DNA of 64,000 nt from Azolla caroliniana (GCA_043228905.1 JBHGNT010000013.1:20832001-20896000), one strand, 5' to 3'. Positions 41,650 to 55,500 are shown, numbered from the stretch's first letter. Numbers and translations are program-made. Notes: generated by a model from the letters alone, not told the origin.

Positions 41650-42222
41650 TGTTACACAGACGAGTAGACGAGGCTAAATTCTAAAAGAAAGAGACAGGAT
41701 AAGATAAGAGAACAAGAAAGAGAGAGAGCATAAGATAAGAGGACAAGAAAGAGAGAGAGAATATAGACAAGAGAACAAGAATTCAATTTATGCTTTTGTA
41801 ACTGGTGTTGCTCACCTTGATTAGAATCAAGGTGCACTTGAGTTTTTATAGAAGAACGAGGAGATATGCAATATTTTAGAAAATGCTTGACATTAAGGAC
41901 ACATGCAAGCTAGGAAACATCTAGAGAAGTTTCTTGAAAATTCTAGTAATGAACCTACAATGTAAGAAGTTTAATCTTATAAAATAATGCATAGATAGAT
42001 GTAGTTCAATTGGTATGGTTGCTCAATGAGATTAGGAGGTCATGGGTTTAACCCCTACATTCCACTGTGGCATCATGTCTATCACATTATCCTCCGTCTT
42101 AGGCCGCCACCCAAGGTATGCGGTGGACTTATGAGGATATCGTTGATGAAAAACTCGAATGGCATGTGGAACATTTCATAAATGTGTAACTAGTTCCCAT
42201 GTGGCATCCGAAATTGGGTAAA
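41650..42222 (-). mobile_element. 3' end of a Ty3/Gypsy chromovirus: chromodomain remnant, PPT and 3' LTR (41650-42086)
   Basis: Minus-strand YPISDATWELVTHL*NVPHAIRVFHQRYPHK (chromodomain C-terminus), purine tract AAGACGGAGGATAA, then a TG..CA LTR. Confidence 0.72.
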
Positions 42223-43159
42223 GGATCTGGTCAACCTTGTTAACTGATTTTAGAGAAATTATTGAGGAATTGAAATCATGTTTTGGAGACATGGATAACA
42301 TGAGAGCAACCATCAACAAAATTCGAAGGTTTCCACAAGGAGAAGGACTAGCTTTGATAATGGAGAAGAATTCCATCTTCTTGCTTGTGATATTTCGTGG
42401 GGTGAATAAGTAGTATTGGAACAACTTTAATATGGGCTACTTAATGATGTTAAAGATCTTTTGAATCTCATTTCTCCTGAGGAGCAATGCTCATTGAGGC
42501 AATCGCTCGAGTAATAGGAATGACAATAACCTTTCTAAGCGCCATTCAGAATGACTATAGTAAATGACAAGACCAAGATCGATTGATGTGTTTGGGCACA
42601 ATATGCCTATGTCATGTCTTTGAGTCATGCATTAATGCCAAATTCACATATATTGTTATCATTGTTATTATTACACATAGTGGCAATGACAACATATTGA
42701 TTAATGTCACCATTTTAGAATGACTATAATACATGGCAAGACCACGATTGATTGATGTGTTTGTCCACAATATACCTATGCAACACCACTGAGTCATGTA
42801 TCAATACCAAATATACACATATTATTTGCCATTTTTGGCTAATTAACACAGAGGTTGAATGGCAAAAGCCCACTTAAACACAAAACATAAAATAATTTTT
42901 GATAACTATGATGATAAAAGGTGACTAGATACATCATTTTTTTTTTTTCAAAAGAACATATCCTTCCATTAGTTTTTAGAAAAGTCATAACAACAACATA
43001 CAAAATATTTTTCCCAACTCATCTTTATAAGATGATGGTTTGAGGAAAGCAATCTATGTACTCCAAAGTAGAGAAAACTAGTCAACTAATCTAAAAGTTA
43101 TTCTGTAGACACATTCCAAGTTATTCCAAGCTATTCTGTAGACACATTCCAAGCTACTT

Positions 43160-43205
43160 GCAGTCCCATATATCTTAAATAACTTGCATCTCCCAAGTCA
43201 AACTC
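43160..43205 (-). pseudogene. Starch branching enzyme fragment, C-terminal piece
   Basis: FDLGDASYLRYMGLQ matches the recalled SBEII motif FDLGDAxYLRY; fused in frame to the GDI fragment. Confidence 0.75.
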
Positions 43206-44030
43206 AAATAGACCCATGAGGGGAGACTTCAATGCTACTACATCTGTAGCAGGAACCTTGTGGATCTTCCCTTTGTTAAAAACATAGCTCCCATCAACAA
43301 CTTTAAACATAGGAGGCTTGTCATTGCCTCTAAATTTGGACCACAACTGTGTAAGATTGAGAGATGCTGACTCTCCACCATAATAATCATTCCTAATCAT
43401 GATCATTGTCCTTGGCAAACCTTATGCAAGACACCAGAAAATCTGGCTGGTCTTAACATATGGAGAAAAAAATATTGCAATTTGGCTCTATAATGAACTG
43501 TATGTCTCCCATAAAGAGAAATGGCAAAAAGAAATACTCATCAGCTGCACTAGCTGCACTTAAATCCACAGACATATCCAAAACCTTTCCAGTGATAGCT
43601 GTATACATTGCCAAAACATCTTCCACAATGGTCTCAAAATGGGTGGTTGCATCATAGCTACTGGATATGTAGCATTGATCCAATGAAGGTTCATTGACTG
43701 GTACAAATCTATCATAGGTATCGAAGAAAATTTCATCCACGGGTCTCAAAAGACTAATTCATGTCAGATTTCCTGCCTAGCTTTTTCACCTTGTTTGGAA
43801 GATATGATGGATCACCTACAACCTTCTTTGTCCTTGTCGTCTCTCCATCTGATGTGACACCATAAACCTTTCCTTCGTCATCAAATTCTACCTTACACTT
43901 TGGTTTTGCAAGCATATATGTCCCACCATAAACTGCACTCAGTCGTGCAAAACCTTGTGCTAATTCACCAAGCCCATAAAAAGGGTATATATACAAAGAG
44001 CCTCCTCGAAAGCGAGCTAATGACTCAGAA
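43200..44030 (-). pseudogene. Intronless, rearranged Rab GDP-dissociation inhibitor fragments; a further piece lies at 44431-44500
   Basis: RNDYYGGESASLNL; [23 protein letters not shown]; SYDATTHFET...DLSAASAADE; [19 protein letters not shown]. Confidence 0.9.
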
Positions 44031-44085
44031 CATTAGCCACATTTCACTGTGACATTTGTAAAAAATTCTTTGTATTACGTATAAC

Positions 44086-44236
44086 CACTTGGATGAGGCA
44101 ACCTGCCCTCAAGTTTGGGAATGTGATTTGCAACATTCAAACAGAGAAGTTCATTTAACCAACCTTCAACAGCATCACCTAAAGCATATCTAATGGACTC
44201 TCCAATCTCTACTTCTCTAAAATCTCTTCCTGGAAT
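44086..44236 (-). pseudogene. NAT10/Kre33 RNA cytidine acetyltransferase exon-like fragment
   Basis: Manual translation GRDFREVEIGESIRYALGDAVEGWLNELLCLNVANHIPKLEGRLPHPS resembles NAT10 ESIRYAxGDxxExWLNxLLCL; preceded by a TTCCAG acceptor-like site. Confidence 0.72.
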
Positions 44237-44499
44237 TCAAAAGAAGCCATCATATACTTGCAAAAGAAGTTTTTAGGGGCAGAACATCTTTCTCTGTAAC
44301 ATCCACATTTATTTTCCCTGAAACTATACTAATTTGTTAGCACTTTCATAATCCACAAGCTTAATGCTAGTTATAATAGCCTAAAACATCACAATATCTC
44401 AGTTTTATACACATGTTTTATTTAGTAAAAGGCTCTAGATATGCATCATCTCGGTATAAGGTTAACGCATGACCAATAAAATCAATTGTGTTGTCCTCT

Positions 44500-45100
44500 A
44501 ATATCAATTGCTAGTGTTGTAGGTCCATCAAGGGCCATAAAGCCATACATATCCTTGTCCATCAGCCAAAATGCGATTGTCTTGTCTCCAACTAAAGCTT
44601 GATCATGGCTTTGAGCATAAACAACACATTTTCTCATCATGTCTTTTTTCTCAGCAATTCAATCCACTTGTCTGCAACTGCCTTATGCATCCTATAGTCG
44701 AAACCAACACCTCCATCTCCAACAGGGAGACTAAAGGTAGGCATTCAACTTACATCTTTTCCAACAGTAATGGCATTTGGCTATAAAGCATAGATCATTT
44801 CATTTGCCAACATGAGATAATTCAAAGCATCTATATCTGTAGCCATTCCAAAACACTCATTGTTATTCCCAGTAAAGGAAACCTGTAGTCCATGATGAGT
44901 GTACATCATTGATGTTACACCATCATAACGAAAACTATCAAATTTATGCTCCTCAATCCACCATCTTGCATTGGACAGCAAGAAGCATTGAACCTCCCAT
45001 TCACCATAACTAAAAAGCCTAGAGTCCCACATCCAATGGTAACCACATGCACCGGAATGAAAATAATGGGAGTCTGTCCCATCAAACATGTTTAATCCTG
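44500..45100 (-). pseudogene. Intronless starch branching enzyme (SBEII-like, GH13) fragment
   Basis: [25 protein letters not shown]; [22 protein letters not shown]; GGVGFDYR; frameshifted (H)[17 protein letters not shown]. Confidence 0.9.
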
Positions 45101-45189
45101 GCAGACTAAATGAGCCGATAAGTAATGGCCCCCACACAAAGAAGTTGCATTGTGAAACACCATCCTTCTTCAACCTGCAGATAGATAGC

Positions 45190-46330
45190 TACACCTAAAA
45201 CATGCTACCAATTGTCTCCACTCATCCTCCCCAGAAAAAGAAAAAACCATTCCCCAAATTTGAAAAGAAAATAAAACATAATCCATCCTCCTTGTCACTC
45301 CCTAGAACTGCTTCAACATCCTTAAACATCATCCAACTCTGACCCATAGTAAAAAGATTTTCTCATAAGGATGGCTTCCCCAAGCAAAGCCAATCCACTC
45401 TTGTAATTTTCCATTTTCAATGTACACAAAGTAGGAACAGAAGCAATTTTTTTCCCCCCATAAGGATGGCTTCCCCAAGCAAAGCCAAACCACTCTTCTA
45501 ATTCCACTTTCAACGTACACAAAGTTGTTGCATCTTTATGCAGTCTTCTATCTTCCACATTCAACTTGCTCATAAGTAGCAATACATAAAACCTACTATC
45601 TAATGTATACATCTTAATACAATACATTTTGACAGTTTGTCTCCACTCATCCTCCCCAGAAAAATGAGAAAAGCATTCCCCAAATTTGAAAAGTACTTGA
45701 AACATATAATGTAGCCTCTCTGTCACTCCCAAGGATTGCTTCAAACATCCTTTTACATCATCCATCTTTGTCACAAGCAAGAAGATTTTCCCAGAAGGAT
45801 GACTTCCCCAAGCAAAGCCAAACCAGTCTTCTATTTTCCACTTTCAACGTACACACGGTAGCTGCATCTTAAGACAATCTTCTATTTTCCCCATTCAACC
45901 TGTTCATACTCAACAATACATAAGACTTGCAACCTAATGTATACATCCTAGTGCACTACCTTTTGACTATATGACTCCAATCATCCTTCCCAAACAACTG
46001 AGCAAAGCACTCCCCAAATTCGAAAAGAATTGAAACATAATCTAGCCTCCCTGTCACTCCCTAGAACTGCTTCAACATCCTGTAAAATCATCCAGCTTTG
46101 TGACAAGCACAAAGCAAAAATTAAATAAATAAATAAAAATAAAAATCTCATAAGGATGACTTCCCTGAGCTAAGCCAAACCACTCTTCTATTCCCCAGCT
46201 TCAACCTACTCAGATTCAACCTAATGCCAAATGTATACCTCCTAGTACAACACCTTTTGAAAGTTTGTCTCCACTCATCCTCCCCCAAAAAATGAGAAAA
46301 CCACTCCCCAAATTTGAAAAATAAATGATC
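45190..46330. repeat. Diverged tandem repeat of about 290-430-bp units inside the LINE 3' region
   Basis: Recurrent TCTCCACTCATCCTCCCC..AAAA..CCCCAAATTTGAAAA at about 45215, 45640, 45975 and 46266; AAGGATG(G/A)CTTCCCCAAGCAAAGCCAA also recurs. Confidence 0.8.
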
Positions 46331-46708
46331 CCCACCATTGAATAGTTATAGTAAATGCTTCATCCAACATCCTCCATCAACTATAGAAGAAATCTATCAA
46401 GTAATACGAAATAAGTTATAATAAAAGTCCACAGAAATGCTTCATCACATCCACTCACTCTCCATTCTAATAGTAATACAAAATACTTCATCCACCCTCA
46501 CCATCTGTCCATGGTACCTGTCCAACAATAGTACTTCATAGTCCATTAGGTAAGTAACAAAACCTACCGAAAAGTATCAAACAATACAAATTACATTGCA
46601 TAGAATTATATAAATATCTCCCTGTCCCACCATAGGAACACTTCTTCCTCCCCTAGCAACATCCTTCTCCAACAAAGAAATTATTATGTTTATCAACAAG
46701 TTATGTTG

Positions 46709-49700
46709 TTATGTACTATAAGACTGAACTAAGAAAGGACTAGGCGGATGAAACAACCATTGTGGTGTTACATAATTCCAACAGTTTTCATGTGTCCCAT
46801 CCAACCATAGAGGTATTGGCCACCATGTCTGGCGAATTTTTCTTCTTTTCTTATGCACCTTTTCTACTGGTCCTTTGATATTATCGTACTCTCCCTTAAG
46901 TGTATGTACTAAGTTGTCCCAAAACATCTTTATCATATCCACCACATTATACTCGATACCTTCATATTTCTTGCTGCACCTACACTTCTATCACACCCAT
47001 AAAGCATTAGTCGAGACAATATTCCAAACAAAAGACTTTTTAAAATATTTAGCACCCGGACTATTCGGGAGAACTACTTCAATTCTATTCTCCGACACAC
47101 GCAATGCTTCCACACATTGCTCCCCCTCGTACATGGATACTTGGGCATCCAAAGACCCCCAAATAACAACTCCCCATGTAAAAATCGCTCCTCTATATTT
47201 ACAAGAAAACATCCTTAGTATTCTTCCCCAATATTGTTGAACTGCAATACAAGTCCAAAACAAATGTTTCAAAGTCTCCTCTTGTAATTGGCAACACACA
47301 CAATGACGATCATGAACCTCTCCTTTTAGATGACAACCTATAGGTAAAGCATAATGAAGTAATAACCACTTAAAAGAAACGGCTCTCCGCAAACATGGTA
47401 AATTCCATAAACTTTTCCAGTAAGCTGCCAAATATTGAGGTGATATTGCACCTGATTCCCAATACTTTTGTGTAGCGGGACTTATGGAATGACGTTGCAA
47501 CAAGAAACATCTCTCGTAAGCCACAGAATACTGAAAAAAAGGGAGAGTTCTACTTTCTTGTTCATTTGCCGAAGATCTTCCAACCAACCGCCGTGCATAA
47601 TCAGCCGGGTCCCAATTAAGGTGTTCCACCGGCTTACTTTGAAATGCCCACAGTTGTCGTGCATGGTCTGCCAAAAATGGGTTAGGATCTAGGAAAAACT
47701 TCTTCTCTAACCTAGCAATGACCCTAATGGGTTTTTGGGAGGCTAGTTGCATAACTTCAGCTTCTTCTTCCACTAAATATAAAAGACCAACATCTCCGAC
47801 CTCATAAAATCTTATTCTACCCTCATCAGTATAAGCCCTGGCACCTATTAAAATGCCCAAAGGTGAGAAAAGATCGTACCATGTATAATTATTATGTAAG
47901 GCAATTTGCCTTTGGCAATTCTGAAAAACCTGTTGAATCTGAAAGGACATCAAACATCCCCCATGTATTGAAGAAAACAAATGTTTTTTGTCCTCATTTG
48001 AGAGAAATTGAAAACGCTCCTAGTCAGCCACACTTGTAGTTGGTCCCGAGTCCATTTTCCCCCATGATAAATGCGGCCTAATACCTAAAACACAACCAGA
48101 GCTATTAGTAAACAAAGGATTCCATAGCAATGGCTGTCTTAGAAATTGGGCTTCTGTTGAAGGCAGTTGAAATAATAGAGCCTCTCTAATGTCCTTCCAT
48201 GCCCTCAAAATACCTGTAAAAAATATTCTAGAACCAACATTTTGAGCCTTAATTGGAAATTCGGAATTAAACAACCATCTATAACTATCTTGCCACTGTC
48301 CTCCTAAGGTAGGCTTAATGTTACGAATATCTAACAACCATAACTTTTTCCACAGCTCATCCCCAAGCATAAATCCTCTCACAACATGCTTCGCAAGAAG
48401 AGCCTTACTCTAGAGCATAGGATCTATTAAGCCTAGTCCACCTTCGCTTATTGGCTGGATTAAAACCGACCAAGCAACTTTTGCAACAACCCTTGATCCC
48501 AGCGAAGCACCCCAAATTGATGCGAGCAGAACAGAATTTGCCAAAACTACCCTTCCAGGTAAAGACAAATTAGTTGTATCCCAATATAACAATTTATTTC
48601 TAACTCGTAATAAAAGGGGTGTTACCATATCTTCTGTGGACAATTCTAGCCCTACTTGATAACCCAGATACCTTATTGCTCTACCTCGAGGCACCCAACT
48701 AAAACCTGGAGTTGGCACATCTTGTGGAGGAGAGGAGGACGCAACCCAAAATCCCATAGACTTGTCCCAATTAATCAAAGCTCCTGAAGCATCACAAAAA
48801 AATGTTACTGCTTGTTGAAGATTCAACAAATTCTCTTTTTCTGCAGAAACATATAAAGTAGTGTCATCAGCAAATTCTGAATCAATAGTCATGGTTGCAT
48901 ATCCTTGTATAGGTAAGGCTATACCACGAATATGTACATTCCTACTCCTAAGGTAATCAGAAAAAGCTTCAGAGACTAAAATAAACAAAAAGGGAGCTAG
49001 TGGACACCCTTGTCTTAATGATCTCGAAATTGAAAATCTACAACCAACATCACCTGCAAACAAAAGAGAACTATGAGCGGTCCTATACAAAGCTGCAATA
49101 GCCCTAATCCATTGCATTGGAAAGCCCATTCGTTGTAATGTCCCTTCCATGAAATCCCAATCCACTCTATCATAGGCCTTCTCAAAATCTAAAAACAAAA
49201 TAGCTAAATCTTCTTGTTGTTGCTCTGCAATAGCCACCATTTCCCAAAACAAAAAAATGTTATAAAAAATACTTCTCTCTTGAACAAAGCCCGTCTGGGA
49301 ATCATGAATTAGTTGAGGTAAAAAAGGTTGCACCCTCCTTGCTATTGTTTTAGCTAAGATCTTATACACAACATTAAGTAGTGTTATGGGTCTCCATTTT
49401 CGAATATCATCCAAAGGGCCATCCCCCTTTGGAATCAAATATATTAGGCCTATAACCATGGTCAAGAATTTGTTGGTAGGCAGAAGTCAAAACATTACCA
49501 ATCATATCCCAATACTCTATATACCATGAAACCACCCCCATCCCATCAACGCTTGGACAAACATCCTTACCTAAAGACTTTGCTGCCAACAAAACTTCAG
49601 AAGGTTGCAACGGAGAAAGCAAAGAAATTTGCATTTCAAATGAAACTCGATTAGAGATCGCAATCCAAACAACATCCCTCTTAATCACATTATTTCTTGA

Positions 49701-51015
49701 AATTGGAACTGCTGTCAACAACTGACTATAAAAAGAGGATGCTATTTCCCTCATCTCTATCACATTCAATGTAAAAGACCCAATCAACTCGTCTTATACT
49801 CGTCGATTGAGACTTATGTGATTTAATGCGATGAGGCTAAAAAAACTCTTTACAAACTGTATCAGCCTGTCTAGTCCATCTTGCAAAGGATTTATGATAC
49901 CAAAAATCTGACTTCCGCAATTGCATATCAGTAATTGTTTTCCCAACATCAATAATTCTCGTGGCTAAATCTATAGACTTAGGCCACCTTTGTTGCAAAT
50001 GTTGTAGCGCTGTCAAAGCTCGTTTGTATCTTCCAATCTTGGAATCATAATCAAGATACAAAGCTTTTGCTTTACTTTGACAAAATTCTTGAATTTCTTT
50101 CAATGCATGCACCACATTAATCAAGATACCAACTGATTCTGGATCATAATGATATCGAGACCAAATACTTTGAACAAAATGTTTACAATCGTCTCTAATA
50201 AAAATGGAGTTAGGGATTCTAAATCTACTAGCCGTTCTTGTCAATGATAAAACGAATTTTAACTTAAGAGGTGAATGATCCGAAAAAGAACAACCAGGTA
50301 AAATTCCTAATTGACCACCTCTAGTCCACATAAAAGCATCCCTATAAAACCTATCCAAACGAGAAAGGTTGACCCCTGCTAATCTCCTATCAGATCTTGA
50401 AAAAGATAGAGATTCTAGTATTCTATTAAAGGATTGGACTAATCAAAGTTCAACCAATTGTAGTGACATACATAGTTTCTCCCACTCCCTAAATTCTGAC
50501 CCAGAGATAATGCGTAAACTACCACCTTGCCTATCTTGCACATCCTCTAACATATTAAAATCCCCAACTAATGCCCAATGGTCAATTTGAGGTATTTCTA
50601 ATAGAATTTCAGACCAAAAATGAGACCTCGCTGCTTTAGAATTCGGTGCGTAAAGGTTAAGCAAACCCCACTTAATGTCTCCTATTTGAAAAACAATATG
50701 TTGTGCTCTTTTATTCGCTAATGATCTAGACATACTTACATGTGAAACCCAAATATGTGAAACCGCAATACATAAACCCCCCTGGGTATCATTCGGTCCA
50801 AAAGCCGGCAACCAGAATTGTTGCCACCTTCCGGAGAGAAGATTCCCACATTTTAAGATGCGTTGTTCCCCTAAATGATGCTCTTGAATAATGAGCACAT
50901 CTATTGGTCCTACGTAAGGCTTTTTTAACTCCTGTCTAAAAACCCCTTTCATTCTTCGAAACCGACTACCTCCTAATCCTTGCACATTCCATGAGATTAT
51001 ATTTAGAACATCCAT
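46709..51015 (-). pseudogene. LINE ORF2 (APE endonuclease, reverse transcriptase, zf-RVT), disrupted
   Basis: ISWNVQGL, GDFN, SDH; WRPITLLN, LDFEKAYDRV, QGCPLAP, FADD; CVCCQLQEETLKHLFWTC; split by stops and frameshifts. Confidence 0.93.
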
Positions 51016-51033
51016 TAATAAAAAAGTTAAGTA

Positions 51034-52488
51034 TTATGAGACTGTCCTTTTTCCGGCCAAAACTTCTCCTCGACGTTTTCCTTCCTCAGCAACTCGCAAT
51101 TGTCTTCTACTTATCATCATATCTTTCCCAGAATATTTGGGTGCACGGACTGGCATTGCTTTTTCCAATGTCATACTATTATCTGCAATCAAAGTTGCTG
51201 CCGAAAAGGAAAAATCATTGATGTCTTGAGAAACCATTGCTTCCACTACGGAGAGAGACTTTTGTTTTGATGGATCCTCCTCATAGATTACTAAAGATAA
51301 CTCCTTTTCACAATCCATGTCCATCCCCGTACAATCAATTTGTCGCGCCTTGTCTTGAGGCACCGGATGAAGCAAGGATTGAATGATATGCTTCCCTTTA
51401 TCCCGAGTCAAATGATTACCATTAAATTGCCCCATAGACGGACCCTCAAACTTATGGTGTCTATCCTTACTTTCTTTAATAGTCAAGGCTTCATGGTCCT
51501 GCTTCGAGGTTTCTGGATTCTGTATTTCAACAACTTTATTCTTCTCCCTTACAATATTTTGCGAGGAGATATTCCTATCTTCCTCATTATTCAAAGTATT
51601 GTACAGATTACCATCAAATAAAACTATAGATTTGACTGGTGAGTTAAATTGTTTAAAAGTATGTTTAGCTGCTACTGGAGTCCAATCGGATCTCCCCACC
51701 TTAGCAGTCGACATAGGGGCCTCCTCTGATCGATAACGTTTCCGAGGACAATCCTTCCCTAAATGCCCAAAATTCCTACATATAAAACATTGATCCGGAA
51801 GCCCTTGATATACAATCCTTTGGGTCAATGGCTCTTTATTTTCTAGCAGATTTGGCAACAAAACTGAAGATGGTAAAACATTATTTTGGGGGGCCAAAAT
51901 CCTCACCGCTGGAGCTCCTCGTATACGCTCATCTTCCTGTGCCGCCTCGTCTTTAATCGCTATTACAATACCTAAAAGAGAACCTATTTGGGCTAATACT
52001 TGGTGCCATTCTTTCTTCAATCCTGGAAAAATGGCTGTAAAGATCATTTGGGCTTCTTTGTGCTGCAAAATCTCATCTACAAGCACATTATGAGTCCACT
52101 TGTAGAAAGATATCCAATTGCCTTGCATTGCTGTATGTTTAATCTTCAACAAACGATCCACTGAAGAAGAATCGGAGAACTCCAAATAATAGCATCCTTT
52201 GCCCATGAATTGGATGTCCACAACAGTGTTGATTTCTTCTAGGAAGGAAGCGTACAACATTCGACGCAATTCAGGCCTATTTGGCCTTGATCCTTCCATA
52301 TGAGCTACCAGAGAAACCTCCTGTAGTCGTTGTACTTCTGCCAATACAATATTTTTATCATTATCTGACAAGGAGAGTGAGACGACCTTACCTGAAATAT
52401 GGGAAGAAGAAGAAGAAGGTTAATCGAGGGGAGGTGCACCGGAACCCCCTCTGTGCGTCGAAGCAGGTATTGGTCGTTGTTTTGCCAT
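51034..52488 (-). pseudogene. LINE ORF1 with CCHC knuckle
   Basis: 445-aa ORF with CFICRNFGHLGKDC; an in-frame upstream ATG at 52488 is cut off by one TAA. Confidence 0.85.
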
Positions 52489-52583
52489 CGCTCCTCGCTC
52501 TCTGTTCTTGACTAGATACATCTAATTGCGCACCCATGCATAATTAGAAAAGGGAACTCTAACTCTAGGAAAGAAATCGAATG

Positions 52584-55500
52584 TCGAAGCCGAAACCGGA
52601 TGAAGAGTACCCAGTTACGGAAGACCCGATGAGAACCGGATGAAGAGTACCCGGCTACGGAGGACCCGGTGAGAACCGAATGTGGTGTACCCGGCAAGCG
52701 CCGGATGAGGAGTACCCGGCTACAGAAGATCCGGTGCGAACCAGATGAGGAGTACCCGGCAAGAGCCTGATGGTGAAGGCCCGGTGAGGAGTACTCACCA
52801 GTTGAAGGGACATATTTGTAAATATGTTTTTGATAGTCCATCGGGGCTATATTTGTAAATAGCCGAAAAGTCATATTAGTATAAATATGACTTAGGGCAA
52901 AATTTGTTTATAATGATGGTTGTTGTCATTCTTGTTGGTGAAAGATTAGAGCGTGTAACTGTGTACAGAGAGAGTGAGAGAGAGAGGAAGAGGTCGTCGC
53001 CTCTGTTGTAACCGCCGCCTGTGGCGAAGATCGTGAGCACGAGGCCGTTGCCTTCGTGAGCTCACTGTTGTAATCATTGTGATATAGTGATAGTTTGGAG
53101 TCTGTGGACTCCCGTGGTTTTTCCCTCTCAGGGTTTTCCATGTTAAACATCCTGTGTACTCTTCTCTCCTTTGTGTCGTGCATTCATTCCCGGTTTTTTC
53201 TGTGTTTGATCCAAGACTCAGTTGTGGCCGAGTGTTGCGCATAGGAGCGTGTAGTACCTGTCAAAGTGGTATCAGAGCGAAACGACATAGAAAATGGATG
53301 ATTCGTTGGGAGGCATGTTCAAGCTCACCGGCTCCAACTATTCGGTGTGGAAGTCGAAGATGAGGGACATGCTCGTGGTTAAAGATCTTTGGTTGCCGAT
53401 TCAGTTTGGGGACAAGAGACCGGGCAAAATCGACGCCGCGATATGGGAGGTGATGCACATGAAGACAATGGCTTACATACGGTGCTTCATCGACATGAGC
53501 CTATACAACAACTTCAATGAAGAGAGCAAGGCTCATGAGCTCTGGGAGAAGATCGGCATTATGTTTCAGAACAAAAATGTTGTTAATCAGGTTTCGGTAT
53601 TCCGGAAGCTAGTAAGACTCCGGTACCAAGATGGCTACAGCATGGCGGCGCACATGAATGCCTTCCAGGGGCTGATCCACCAGGCAATATCATTGGAAGT
53701 ACCTCTCGCCGATGAGGTACTAGCACTACTCCTGCTCGGTTCCCTCCCAGATAGCTGGGAGACGTTGGTTGTCACTTTGGGCAACGCCGGGCCGGAAGGA
53801 AAACGGTTATCCCTAGCAAGAGTGAAATTGAGCTTGCTAGATGAAGAGGCGCGTCGAAAAGATAAAGATACGAGCTCCGACTCCAAAGCGCTTCTTACCG
53901 AATCGGAATGCGGAAGACAAAGGAACCGTAGTCCCCACAACCGGGAGAAGTCGGGGACACGGTCAAAGTCAAGGGGGAGCCCTACTTGCTTCTATTGTGG
54001 CAAGCCGGGACACTTCTAGAAGAACTGTCAACATTTCTGAAAAGACAAGGAAACTGACGGTACCGATTCGAAGCGGACACCGGCCCGGAACGGTAAAGAC
54101 CGGAGGGGAACGGACCAGAAGAGAACGACGGCAATCGCGGCAAGTGACGAAGAGTTGATGCTCATCACCGAGGAGAGTGAGATAAACCTTGCCAGCGACG
54201 AGATGACCTGGGTGGTCAACTCCGGAGCGTCATTCCACCTTACCCTGGACCGGAAATGCTTCTCATCCTACTCAGCCGGTGATCACGGTTGTGTCCGGAT
54301 GGGGAATGAAGGTACATGCCGAATTGTCGGCATAGGAGACGTGTGGTTGACAACACCAATTGGATGCACGCTGCTGCTGAAGGATGTCTGACACGTTCCG
54401 GAGGTTCGTCTGAACCTGATATCAGCCGGTCGGCTAGATGATGAAGGCTACACGAGTAACGGGGTCATGAAGTTTAGCAAAGGGAGCTTGATTGTGGCTC
54501 AGGCCCAGAAGGTCAACACGATGTACTTGATGAATGCCCGGTTATCCCCGGAAGAAGTGAACGTGGCATCCGACACTACCGGTGAGCTGTGGCACAAGAG
54601 GCTGTGTCACATGAGCGAGAAGGGGATGAAGAGGCTTGCAGACGACAACCTCATTCCAGTGAAGAACGTGCACTTGGAGAAGTGCACTGATTGTCTGGCC
54701 GGTAAACAAAACCGGACCTCCCTCCGATCAAGGCCACCGATGAGACGTAATGCACTACTGGAGCTGGTGCATACTGATGTGTGTCAAGTGGACACGAAGT
54801 CACGTGCCGAAGCGCAGTACTTCGTGACGTTCATAGATGACCACAGCCAAAAGTTGTGGGCCACACCGTTGAAGACGAAGGATCAGGTGTTATCCGTCTT
54901 CAAAGAGCTCCACGCGAGAGTGGAAAGAGAAACCGGTCGGAAGCTGAAGGCGGTTCGAGCAGATAACGGAGGACAATACTGGGGGCAGTTCGAGGAGTAC
55001 TGTCGCTCGAAGGGAATCCGGCTCGAATTTACCGTGCCGAAGACGCCGGAACTAAACGGGCTGGCCGAGAGGATGAACCGGACCATAATGGAGAGGGTCC
55101 GGAGTATGTTGGCGCATTCAAAACTACCCAAGAAGTTTTGGGCTGAGGCACTGTCGACGGTGACATATGTGATAAACAGGTCACCCTTAGTACCCTTGGA
55201 CGGAGACACGCCGCAGAGAGTATGGACCGGTAAGGAAGTGTCCTACCGGCATCTGAAGGTGTTCGGGTGTCTCGCGTACGTGCATGTAGCTAAGGACCGG
55301 AGAGGAAAGTTAGATCCAAAGACCCGGCCATGCATATTCCTCGATTACGGCGACGATGAGTTCGGCTACCGAGTGTGGGACACCCGGTTGACAAGAAGGT
55401 ATTCCGGAGTCGAGATATTATCTTCATGGAGGACAAGACGCTCGCCGACTGGGAGTCGGAGAAGAAGATAATGAACTCCGAGTCAACCGGTAAGGATCGA

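Larger units (their letters stand above)
42936..52508 (-). mobile_element. Full-length L1-clade LINE (9.6 kb) with extended 3' region
   Basis: 14-bp TSD TGACTAGATACATC at 42922-42935 and 52509-52522; poly(A) (T12 at 42937-42948); empty-site homolog at about 28728-28745; ORF1 and ORF2 present. Confidence 0.9.

Noticed and set aside
43131-45173. Functional Rab-GDI or SBE genes
   Set aside because: Fragments are partial, out of order, frameshifted and enclosed by the LINE TSDs.
52512-53242. ORFs duplicated at 57174-58004
   Set aside because: Antisense frames inside the two LTR copies; no protein motifs.
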